Below, piece after piece: positions 17,092 to 25,478 of a stretch of DNA of 64,000 nt. Within the stretch, counting starts at the first letter, position 1. Each line of letters begins with the position of its first letter. This DNA is from Candidatus Falkowbacteria bacterium. GTDB lineage: Bacteria > Patescibacteriota > Patescibacteriia > Patescibacteriales > GWE2-39-37. A model generated the notes under the pieces. The model did no database searches, was not told the DNA's origin, and saw only the letters and a list, made by a program, of their open reading frames with translations. The DNA is taken from the NCBI GenBank assembly GCA_013336275.1, contig JAAXUA010000003.1:66698-130697 (forward strand). Reading direction: 5' to 3'. The translations under genes and the position numbers were made by a program.

Positions 17092-19710
17092 TTACTTATC
17101 TATCGCCCGCGCTTCTTCCAGCTTGATGCTCAACAGTTTCGAAACGCCGTCATCGCCCATGGTTACGCCATAGAGCACGTTTGCCCTTCTCATACTGGCA
17201 CGATTATGGGTAATGACAATGAACTGGGTCTTATAGGAAAGATCGTCCAGAATCTTTGCCAGTCGTTCCGAGTTGGCCTCATCCAAGGCTGCATCGACCT
17301 CATCAAGCACGACGAATGGTGAAGGATTGACATTGATAATCGCGCAGATCAAAGCGATGGCGGTCAGAGCGCGCTCGCCGCCGGAAAGCATTGCGACCGA
17401 CTTGATCTTCTTGCCCGGCGGCGTGGCCTGGATCTCAATTCCAGCTAAGCCAGTCGCATTATATTTCTGCAAATATTTTATCTTCTTGATCTGCTCCTTG
17501 CGCTGCTCTTCCTGGGAAGACGGGGAAGTTTCATCATTGTCGGCGTCTTCGCTGCTCTCCATCACCTTGATTACCTTAGCCACGCCTCCGTTGAACAATA
17601 TCTTGAAGTACTCCTCGAACTTCAAGGCGATAACCTTGAATTTCTTATCGAATTTATCCTTTATCACCACGTCAAGCTCCTTAATGATCTTCTCCAAGGA
17701 TCCGATGGCATCAGCCAAATCCTTGATCTGATGCGATAAGAATTCAAATCTCTCTTTCGTCTGAAGATATTCTTTTTCCACCTCGGGATCGATGCCGCCT
17801 ATATGTTCTAGCTGGCGCTTGAGGCTATTGATCTTTTCACTTATCGGTTCGACCTCGACCACGCCTTCGATTCTTTCAGCCTTAACCTCCTTCAATCCGC
17901 CCAGGGCCTGCCTTATCTCTCCTTCAAGATCTTCCAATTTCGTACCATATCTAGTAGAGCCGATCTGCAAATCATTAAGCTGCCGGCTAAGATGGTTTAT
18001 TTCATTCTGCAGGGCCTGGAGACTGTTCTGCATTTCGAAAAGCATCGATCTTTCGGCTGCCTCCGATTTGCCCGCCTCGCCGATCTTTTCACGCAATCCT
18101 GCAAGCAGCTCTTCGATCGCTCCAGCTCTAGCCTTGAGCAATTCCTGCTCCTTGCTCAACTCGCCGAAATCAAGCTGATTCTGGTGCTGCTTCAATTTCT
18201 GCTCCAGCTGGCGCAGCTCCTGCTCTAGTTGGAGACGGTGCTGCTTGAGCATTTTAGCGCGCTCGATCTGAGGCCACGACTTAGAACTTTGCTCGCCCAA
18301 CCGCTGAGTCAATTCTTCACGTTCCTCGGTCAAGCGGATAAGCTCTATATGGATCTGCTCGAGCGTCTCGCCGCCCCCGACCTTGTTTGAAAGCTTCAAG
18401 ATCTCTTCAACGTCAGCTTTGATCTCCGAAAATATCAGCCGGGCCTGGTCGATGTCTTGAGCTTGTTCCGCTTGTTCAAGTTTGGTGAAAAGATTCTTCA
18501 GCTCCTGGTTTATCTTTTTGATCTCATCTTCATTCAAAGAACTGCTCGTCTTGACCAGATTGGCGTTAAGCTCCCTTATTTTTGAGGTCAGAGCATCCTT
18601 TTGCTGTAATAAGCTTTTTTCAGCACGTTCAAAGCTGGCAATGCTGTCAGAAAGGCTGGCAATTTCCTCATCAAGCTTTGATTTTTCAACTATCATTTCA
18701 CCCTGCTTGTTTTTCAGCCATGACAAATCAAATTGTCCGCTTGACTCCAATTTGACTTCTAGTTGGGCATCGATCCTGGCCAGCTGCCGATGGATTGACT
18801 CGCGCTCAGTCTCGAGCCGTGAGACTTCGGCGCGCCAACCGACAAGGTCCTGATTGACCAAGCTTTTCTGCTGTATCTGCGACAAGCGCTGCCTTAGCGA
18901 CTCTAGCTTCTTGTCTTTTTCCATTTTCTCCTTCTCCAGTTTCAGGTATTCCTGGTTATACCGTAGAAAATTGTCATTTATTTCATGCCAAAGCTTGCGG
19001 TAATAGATCAATTCCAAGCCTTTGAGCTCCAGCTCCAGCTCGCCGCGCCGTTGCAGCTTGCTTACCTGCTTGGTCAGACTTCTGAGACGCGGCTCGATTT
19101 CAGCCAATATCATCTCTGCCTGCCCCGAGTTCTCATAACTCGCCAGCAACTTGTTCAGCGCCTCATCGCGCTTGATCTGATATTGCTTGACGCCGGTAGC
19201 TTCATCAAAAAACTCTTTGCGCTCTGATAGGCTGGTATTCAAAAAACCTTCGACCATGCCCTGGCCGATTACGCTATAGGTCTTCTGGCCGAAGCTGGAC
19301 TTAGCCAGCAGCAGCTGGATATCGACCAGCCTGACGCGGCTATTGTTTATCAGATATTCACTATTGCCGTCGCGATAAAGACGGCGAGTCAGCACGACTT
19401 GCGAGTAGTCTATCGGCGCTTTCCGGTCTTCGTTGTTCAAAAATAGCGAAACCTCCGCCATACTGAGCTTGGACTTTTTATCTGAGCCGGAAAAAATCAC
19501 ATCTTCCGACTTCTTACCGCGCAACGTCTTCATACTTTGCTCGCCCAAAACCCAGCGTACAGCATCTGCCGTATTGGACTTGCCGGAGCCGTTCGGGCCG
19601 ACGATGGCCGTAATTCCTCTCTTTTCTTCGGTCACCATACCAGGAAAAACCAACAGATTCTTGCTGGCGAACGATTTGAAGCCCTGGATTTCCAATTTTT
19701 CCAAAAACAT
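17092..19710 (-). CDS. smc: SMC-family chromosome partition ATPase, short (872 aa) and without a recognisable hinge domain
   Basis: N-terminal head FKSF..GPNGSGKSN..DAVRWVLGEQS. C-terminal head LSGGERALTAIAL..VLDEVDAALD. The ATG at 19710 is preferred over the TTG at 19719. The entire middle is heptad-like charged helix. Confidence 0.85.
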   Translation of the reverse strand: MFLEKLEIQGFKSFASKNLLVFPGMVTEEKRGITAIVGPNGSGKSNTADAVRWVLGEQSMKTLRGKKSEDVIFSGSDKKSKLSMAEVSLFLNNEDRKAPIDYSQVVLTRRLYRDGNSEYLINNSRVRLVDIQLLLAKSSFGQKTYSVIGQGMVEGFLNTSLSERKEFFDEATGVKQYQIKRDEALNKLLASYENSGQAEMILAEIEPRLRSLTKQVSKLQRRGELELELKGLELIYYRKLWHEINDNFLRYNQEYLKLEKEKMEKDKKLESLRQRLSQIQQKSLVNQDLVGWRAEVSRLETERESIHRQLARIDAQLEVKLESSGQFDLSWLKNKQGEMIVEKSKLDEEIASLSDSIASFERAEKSLLQQKDALTSKIRELNANLVKTSSSLNEDEIKKINQELKNLFTKLEQAEQAQDIDQARLIFSEIKADVEEILKLSNKVGGGETLEQIHIELIRLTEEREELTQRLGEQSSKSWPQIERAKMLKQHRLQLEQELRQLEQKLKQHQNQLDFGELSKEQELLKARAGAIEELLAGLREKIGEAGKSEAAERSMLFEMQNSLQALQNEINHLSRQLNDLQIGSTRYGTKLEDLEGEIRQALGGLKEVKAERIEGVVEVEPISEKINSLKRQLEHIGGIDPEVEKEYLQTKERFEFLSHQIKDLADAIGSLEKIIKELDVVIKDKFDKKFKVIALKFEEYFKILFNGGVAKVIKVMESSEDADNDETSPSSQEEQRKEQIKKIKYLQKYNATGLAGIEIQATPPGKKIKSVAMLSGGERALTAIALICAIINVNPSPFVVLDEVDAALDEANSERLAKILDDLSYKTQFIVITHNRASMRRANVLYGVTMGDDGVSKLLSIKLEEARAIDK

Positions 19711-19775
19711 AATAATCAAAAAATAAAGCGAATTCCGCCTTTGTTATCCCCATTATACTACATATCCGACCAAAC

Positions 19776-19800
19776 AAAAACCGCCCTGCCGGGCGGTTTT
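19776..19800 (-). terminator. Terminator hairpin CCGCCC-TGCC-GGGCGG
   Basis: On the minus strand the stem is followed by TTTTTGTTTGG. It lies ~200 nt downstream of the stop at 19999. Confidence 0.6.
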
Positions 19801-19998
19801 CCCCATGCTTGTCTCACCTTAGGATATAAGATGACACAAGAAAGGGAGCCATGTTGGTTAACCAGTCTCATTTTTGGCTGTTAAATCAGCATGGCTTTCT
19901 TTGTTAAAGGTGTTCCCTTTGTTATTCGGTTTTAAAAGAGCGTTTTAGTTTGTTAATTTTATGTTTATTTTAAGTAGCGCTTTTTATCTTGGCTACTT

Positions 19999-20280
19999 TT
20001 AGCATAAATATGCAAATGAAAGCTTTTTGAATTCTTCCTGATTAAGCTGATTCTGTTTTGTTTCTTGATTCTGCAGCTGCTCGGCAGCCATGATGCCTTG
20101 ATAGGTCACCGATAACGCTTGAGCGCTCCCCAAGACAATAAAAAAAGCAATGGACAGACTAAGCGCGAGTCCAGACATGCTGAACTCCTGCTCCATTGCT
20201 TTCTTTTTGATCGAATTGTACGAGCGCCAGGTAATCAAGCCGAACTTGAACTCAACCGGACGCAAATTGCGAGTGGCCAT
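19999..20280 (-). CDS. Small single-TM protein with a Gln-rich coiled-coil tail (FtsL/DivIC-like topology, hypothetical)
   Basis: TM helix LALSLSIAFFIVLGSA followed by QLQNQETKQNQLNQEEFKKL. No diagnostic motif was found. Confidence 0.35.
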   Translation of the reverse strand: MATRNLRPVEFKFGLITWRSYNSIKKKAMEQEFSMSGLALSLSIAFFIVLGSAQALSVTYQGIMAAEQLQNQETKQNQLNQEEFKKLSFAYLC

Positions 20281-20353
20281 CTTTTTTTATTTTTGTTTTT
20301 ATTTGTTAATTTAAGTATAGCAAACAATCGAAATTTTGTCAATGTGTATAACT

Positions 20354-21802
20354 TTACATCTTACCTAAAGTTAGCGCTTTTTTGTATAATTTTATATATT
20401 GTTTAGCTGGTTTTTCCCAGGAAAAGTCCTGTAGCATCACCATTTTTTGCCGCTCTTTCCAGGCTGTCGGATCAGAATTATAGGACAAGATAGCCCGTTT
20501 CAAACACTTAAGCAGCTCTCCAGCTTCATATTTCTTAAAAACAAAGCCATTTCTGCCATTTACCGTGTCGGCCAACCCTCCGGTCTTGCGGACCAAGGGC
20601 AGGGTACCATAACGCATGGCAATCATTTGCCCCAAACCGCAGGGCTCATACTTCGAAGGCATTAGAAAAACATCTGCCCCGGCATAAATCTGCTGTGCCA
20701 GCTTGGCGTCAAAGCCGATTTTCGCAACGATTTTCTGAGGATGCTTTAAGGCCCAGCCAAGCAGCCGATCTTCTACTTCCTTCTGGCCAGAGCCTAAAAA
20801 AATAAACTGGGCATCCAGCTTGGCAATCTTTTCATCCAACAAATCCAGCCCTTTCTGATTGACCAGCCTAGAAACTAGGCCGAAGATGGGGGTTGTTGGG
20901 GACTCTGAAAGTCCCAGTTCCTTCTGTAACGCCACTTTGTTCTCATTTTTTCCCTGCAATCCATTAAAATCGTATTTCTTCTGCAAGTACTGGTCAGTTG
21001 CCGGATTAAAGAATACCGTGTCTATGCCATTGACCACCCCGAACAAAGAGTCCTTGCGATTAGCCAGAAGCTGTTGCATGCCTGCGCCCTGTTCGCTGGT
21101 AAGTATCTCTTTTGCATAAGTTTTACTCACCGTATTCACAATGTCCGCCCCGATTATGCCCATTGCCATGAAATTAACATCCTTGTTGTCTAGACAAGCG
21201 GCTTGCACCAGCTTGCTTGATGGCAACCGGAGATCGGCTAAACGATAGTTTCCCTGATTTGCCAGATTATGGATCGTGTAGACGGTCTTTGTTTCTGAAA
21301 AGAAACTAGACCCACTGCTCCTCTCGCTTTCCAAAAATGCCAAAAGCGGAGCCGTGTGCCAATCATTCAGATGAATAATGTCCGGCCGGAAGCCGATCGC
21401 CTTCATTGCCGCCAACGAAGCCTGGCAGAACATGATGAATTTTTCTACCTCAGAAATTTTCAAATCCTTGCCGACCAGCTGTTCGTGAGAATATATCTCT
21501 TCTCCGGAAAAATAAGGATGGTCCAATAAATAAAGCTTCGCATTGCTTCCCGGAATGACAGTTTGCCACACCGAGAGCTTGTGGTCCGGGTTCTGTTCTA
21601 CGACAACGCCTTCAAGGGCCAGCGAGGCTCGCAAGCTTGAGCGGTCAATCGACCCATAGAAGGGGAGAAAAGTAACGACGTCTACCCCTTGCGTGAAAAG
21701 GGTCTTGGGCAGAGCGCCAATAACGTCGCCTAGGCCGCCAACCTTGGCCAGCGGAGTCAATTCGGCACCCAAAAGCGCTACGGATATTTTTTTAGCCATC
21801 AT
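20354..21802 (-). CDS. glgA: Glycogen/starch synthase (GT5), paralog 1
   Basis: N-terminal KVGGLGDV motif, a HDWH-like NDWHTAP, and a C-terminal E..GL.Q region (PCGLGQMIAMRYG). Confidence 0.85.
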   Translation of the reverse strand: MMAKKISVALLGAELTPLAKVGGLGDVIGALPKTLFTQGVDVVTFLPFYGSIDRSSLRASLALEGVVVEQNPDHKLSVWQTVIPGSNAKLYLLDHPYFSGEEIYSHEQLVGKDLKISEVEKFIMFCQASLAAMKAIGFRPDIIHLNDWHTAPLLAFLESERSSGSSFFSETKTVYTIHNLANQGNYRLADLRLPSSKLVQAACLDNKDVNFMAMGIIGADIVNTVSKTYAKEILTSEQGAGMQQLLANRKDSLFGVVNGIDTVFFNPATDQYLQKKYDFNGLQGKNENKVALQKELGLSESPTTPIFGLVSRLVNQKGLDLLDEKIAKLDAQFIFLGSGQKEVEDRLLGWALKHPQKIVAKIGFDAKLAQQIYAGADVFLMPSKYEPCGLGQMIAMRYGTLPLVRKTGGLADTVNGRNGFVFKKYEAGELLKCLKRAILSYNSDPTAWKERQKMVMLQDFSWEKPAKQYIKLYKKALTLGKM

Positions 21803-21810
21803 TATGTGTT

Positions 21811-22389
21811 TTATTTTTTAAAAATCATCAGATTCTTACTTACCCACCAGACGACATCCGAGCTTACCATCTCTTCTTTTATAATTTCGGTTATTCTGGC
21901 GTCGTAAACAAGCCCTCTTTCAGAAAATTTATCTATCCAATATTCATGCGGCTGCTCATTTATATGGCCGATGCTTTCCGGGCCCTGTCCTGGCGTGGCG
22001 GCAGTAAAAACCAGAATGTCCCCCAACCGGCACAGGGTATCAACCAAGACATCGGCGAATTCTTTTTCCAGATGCTCGGCCACCTCGACACACAATACCA
22101 GGTCGAATTTCCGACTAAGGAGCAGCGGGGTTGTAAGGTCATGGATCTTTAGCCTGTCCCCAACCAGGGATTCTTCGGCTGCCGCGGGCGAACCGTCATA
22201 GCCCTCGATTGCGACTTCATGGCGCTCAAATTCCTGCAAATAGATTCCGGCTCCGCAGCCGATGTCAACGACTGACTTCGGATTGAAATGCCGCATCAAT
22301 ATATCGACAACCGCCTTGGCCGAAGGACCTTCAAACTTGATCGTATTTTCAAAAAAATGCTTATCGTAAATCCGGGTGTTTACCGCCAT
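21811..22389 (-). CDS. Class I SAM-dependent methyltransferase
   Basis: Motif I VVDIGCGAGIY, small size (192 aa), and a 9-nt gap to glgA. Confidence 0.75.
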   Translation of the reverse strand: MAVNTRIYDKHFFENTIKFEGPSAKAVVDILMRHFNPKSVVDIGCGAGIYLQEFERHEVAIEGYDGSPAAAEESLVGDRLKIHDLTTPLLLSRKFDLVLCVEVAEHLEKEFADVLVDTLCRLGDILVFTAATPGQGPESIGHINEQPHEYWIDKFSERGLVYDARITEIIKEEMVSSDVVWWVSKNLMIFKK

Positions 22390-22391
22390 GC

Positions 22392-23267
22392 TTATGTTTG
22401 TTTATTAATTATCTTTTCCACGCCCCTGAGATACTGGCCATCGATCTTGAAGTAATTCCAAGAGCTGGTAATGGAGCTTGGGCTATCGCACTCGAAGCGG
22501 TGAAAGTCCGATCCGCCAGTCATTATCAGCCCATGCTCTTCGGCCATAAATTGCGCATACATCATTGCCCCGATGGAATGATGAGGCGACAAAACCTCGA
22601 TACCATCGATTCCCATGGCCTTTAGGTCCTGGATGATCGGCTGCTTCAACTGGTTATATTTGCCGGGATGATTGAAAATGATTTGCCCTCCGATCTTCTT
22701 GCGCAGGGCAAAAATCCTTTTGATGTTGATATAGCTATTATCGAATTTCGGCAGTCGCGGGTTGTAAAAATAGTAACGGATAATCTCTTCTTCGCGAGGC
22801 TTCTTGTTATTCATATCCGCCTTGATCTTCTGGCGGTTGTGCGGAACCGCCCAAATGTCGTCAATAAGGTGATTTATCGAGACATAATGATTATATTTAT
22901 CCAAGACCTTGTTGATGTCTATCTTGAAGCCGCTGGCAACCATGCTTTCCAGAATCTTGCGAGCGCGGCTGCGGCGCCTTGCTTGGCTGTTGCGCAAGAT
23001 ATCGTGCAGCTCCGGGTCGGCGTGGTCGAAATTGAACCAAAGCAGGTTGAAGTGCTTGTGGTTAAGCTTGGTATATAGCTCGATTCCGACAATCGGCTTA
23101 ATCCTGTACTTCTTGCAGGCCTTCTGGAATTCCTCTATTCCGCCGACCGTGTTGTGGTCGGTCAATGCGGCGACCTTAACCCCCTGATTGGCCAAAAAAC
23201 CGGCCACTTCGGTCGGCGTCAAATATCCATCCGAATAAGTCGAGTGGACTTGCAAATCAATCAGCAT
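22392..23267 (-). CDS. PHP-domain metal-dependent phosphoesterase
   Basis: DLQVHSTYSDG, LTDHNTVGG, and later His/Asp motifs (NHPG, GGSDFH). Confidence 0.8.
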   Translation of the reverse strand: MLIDLQVHSTYSDGYLTPTEVAGFLANQGVKVAALTDHNTVGGIEEFQKACKKYRIKPIVGIELYTKLNHKHFNLLWFNFDHADPELHDILRNSQARRRSRARKILESMVASGFKIDINKVLDKYNHYVSINHLIDDIWAVPHNRQKIKADMNNKKPREEEIIRYYFYNPRLPKFDNSYINIKRIFALRKKIGGQIIFNHPGKYNQLKQPIIQDLKAMGIDGIEVLSPHHSIGAMMYAQFMAEEHGLIMTGGSDFHRFECDSPSSITSSWNYFKIDGQYLRGVEKIINKQT

Positions 23268-23276
23268 ATATTATAT

Positions 23277-24302
23277 TTAGGAAATTATTTTCAAATTCTT
23301 GGCCACGCTGGCGATCATGGGCTCGGCGCGCTCAGGCTGAGGATCATGCTTCAACAAGAAATAACTGGCCGTTCTGATGGTGGTCCAATTGTAATAGATA
23401 TCCATCCTTTCCTGAAGGTTGTCGGACATCTTCAGTCCGCTTTCCCGAAGGTAGCTGGACAAGAAGATGCCCATGGCTTTTTTTGCAAAGTCCGGATTAT
23501 CCATCTTCCTCTCCGTCATGAATTCCAACTGCTGCAAGAAGGTCCCGAGATCGCGCGCAACATCACCCAATGACATATCAGTGAAATCAACTACGCCGAT
23601 TCGCCCATCGTTCAGTCTTATCACGTTTTCCGGGTGCGCATCCCCATGGATAAGCCTAAGGTGTCGTTTTTCAGCAAAAATCTGGTTCTCGCTTTGCGTA
23701 AACCGTTGGTAAAATGCCTGATAAAGCCCATAGTTTTCCGGGCACCTGTTCTTTACTTCTGCCAACACATGTTCAGCTCCCGGAAATACGGTCGCGATGC
23801 GGCTGTTCGGCTGCAAAAAAAGCTTATTTTTTCTCACTGGCAATGAGTGAAGCTTGGCAAACCAGGCGGCAGTCAGCGGCAGTAAGCGCTCGACTTCCGC
23901 ATAATCGTTATTCTTGATGAAGTTATAGAGATTTACGCCGACCATGCCCTGATAGAACGCCGCATTGAACTTCTTGCTATAAAACAGCGGCTTAGGAATC
24001 GTCAGGTCACCCTCGGCAAAATCGCGACCCCAAAGATAACGCAAAACTTCATAGACAATCTTCCGCGGTTCAGAGCTATGGGCCGAGCAATAAATCTCGA
24101 TTTTCTCAGTCTGTCCTGATGATTTGGTTAGTGTCGCATCATATCTGAACACTACGTGATAAGTAGTGTGCCAGATCATCTTTTTTACCGGGCTGATCCT
24201 GTCCAGCCGTATGTCCGTTGCGCCCTCATACTGTGGCAGCACGTTCTTGTCGAACAGAGCTTGGACGTATTTTTCTTCCAACAAGCGTAAGATAACATTC
24301 AT
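23277..24302 (-). CDS. Aminoglycoside-phosphotransferase-fold kinase (APH/choline-kinase/maltokinase superfamily)
   Basis: Catalytic loop LIHGDAHPENVI and the Mg-binding VVDFTD motif. The substrate cannot be determined from the sequence. Confidence 0.7.
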   Translation of the reverse strand: MNVILRLLEEKYVQALFDKNVLPQYEGATDIRLDRISPVKKMIWHTTYHVVFRYDATLTKSSGQTEKIEIYCSAHSSEPRKIVYEVLRYLWGRDFAEGDLTIPKPLFYSKKFNAAFYQGMVGVNLYNFIKNNDYAEVERLLPLTAAWFAKLHSLPVRKNKLFLQPNSRIATVFPGAEHVLAEVKNRCPENYGLYQAFYQRFTQSENQIFAEKRHLRLIHGDAHPENVIRLNDGRIGVVDFTDMSLGDVARDLGTFLQQLEFMTERKMDNPDFAKKAMGIFLSSYLRESGLKMSDNLQERMDIYYNWTTIRTASYFLLKHDPQPERAEPMIASVAKNLKIIS

Positions 24303-24308
24303 ATTGGT

Positions 24309-25469
24309 TTAATTGGCTATTTTCTTTTTCCAATGGCGGGTCCAAATATCCCTTCGGATTTTTTCCGCTAACTTTTCCGCAGACACTTTAGTTTCCATGT
24401 CGGTTGATGACTCCAGGGCTCTTATGGAACGTATAAGCTCATTGACTCCTTTCTCCACTTCGTCTGGATTCCAGGCGACAGGACCGTAAACCTTGCGGAA
24501 GTCATGGGATGAAGCCCACCACCAGACGCAGCTTGCCAATCCTCTGACCAGATGCCAACGTGACCACCAAGCATTCTTGTCTTGGGCGAATTTGCGATTC
24601 AGCTCTTGAGCCAAATTGGCTAATTGCCAAAGCTCTTTGTGGATTTTGCTTTTCCGGTCATTCCAAAGCTTATAAGGATTACCGTTTGAGATATCCCTTT
24701 TGGTCGATTGCCACGAAGATGGCAACAGATCGACCGCCTCTTCGTTCTTTCTGCTATCCATGAATTCGGAGGCGGTCAGCGTCTTGATGCTTGGCAGCTT
24801 AAGTGCCTGCTCGAACTCCTCCAGAGGATCAAGATGACGCAAGCCATAAAGCTCCGCGTCAGAAGCGGAAACGATTACTTGCGGCCGTTTCGGCTCGTTC
24901 GCCAGCCGCAGTAAGGATGATGGCACGTAACTTTCTGAAAAGTTCCTTGAACGGAACAATATCTTTAGGCCGCTTGCTTGATCGACATACTGTTTGCTCC
25001 AATCAACTGAACCCGCAGACAGGCTGATCTCGTCAAGAACTAGCCATTCATAGCCTAATCTTTTTATGAGCTTAGCTACCTCGGCAGAATAAGAAAGCTC
25101 GGGCAAGAAAAAACCTCTCAAAGCTGTCGTGCCGAAATATTTTTGAAGCAAGGCAGCCTGTTCGATGATTTGCGCTTCAGCCTCCTCGATCGAAACCAAG
25201 GGAAGCAGTGCATGATAAGCCGCGCTTCCAGTCAATTCGACTTGTCCGCGCGCAACCAAGCTCTTGATCCTGAAAATCAAATCGTTATAATGGAATTCCT
25301 CATCCCAGCGCTTGACCAGGCAGCCAGCAATGTTCAAAGTTATTTTTTCTTCCGGATGTTCCTCAAGCGCTCTGATAATCCTTTCGTAACTACGCTGCGT
25401 CGCCTCAACCACCTTAGCCGACTCGAGATTGGCCGGCTGATACAAATGTAGTATATTTATCCATTCCAT
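24309..25469 (-). CDS. Glycoside hydrolase family 57 protein
   Basis: GH57 conserved regions are recognisable: HLYQP, GQVELTGSAAYHALLP, FFLPELSYS (candidate nucleophile Glu), SASDAELYG (candidate acid/base Asp) and SCVWWWAS. Confidence 0.75.
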   Translation of the reverse strand: MEWINILHLYQPANLESAKVVEATQRSYERIIRALEEHPEEKITLNIAGCLVKRWDEEFHYNDLIFRIKSLVARGQVELTGSAAYHALLPLVSIEEAEAQIIEQAALLQKYFGTTALRGFFLPELSYSAEVAKLIKRLGYEWLVLDEISLSAGSVDWSKQYVDQASGLKILFRSRNFSESYVPSSLLRLANEPKRPQVIVSASDAELYGLRHLDPLEEFEQALKLPSIKTLTASEFMDSRKNEEAVDLLPSSWQSTKRDISNGNPYKLWNDRKSKIHKELWQLANLAQELNRKFAQDKNAWWSRWHLVRGLASCVWWWASSHDFRKVYGPVAWNPDEVEKGVNELIRSIRALESSTDMETKVSAEKLAEKIRRDIWTRHWKKKIAN

Positions 25470-25478
25470 GATTATAAG

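Noticed and set aside
19776-19998. Assigning the structured region to SRP RNA, 6S RNA, tmRNA or RNase P RNA
   Set aside because: I could not find the conserved motifs of any of these: the SRP domain IV GGAA/AGCA loops, the RNase P GAAAGUCCGG motif, or the tmRNA tag ORF and acceptor. It is left as an unclassified candidate.
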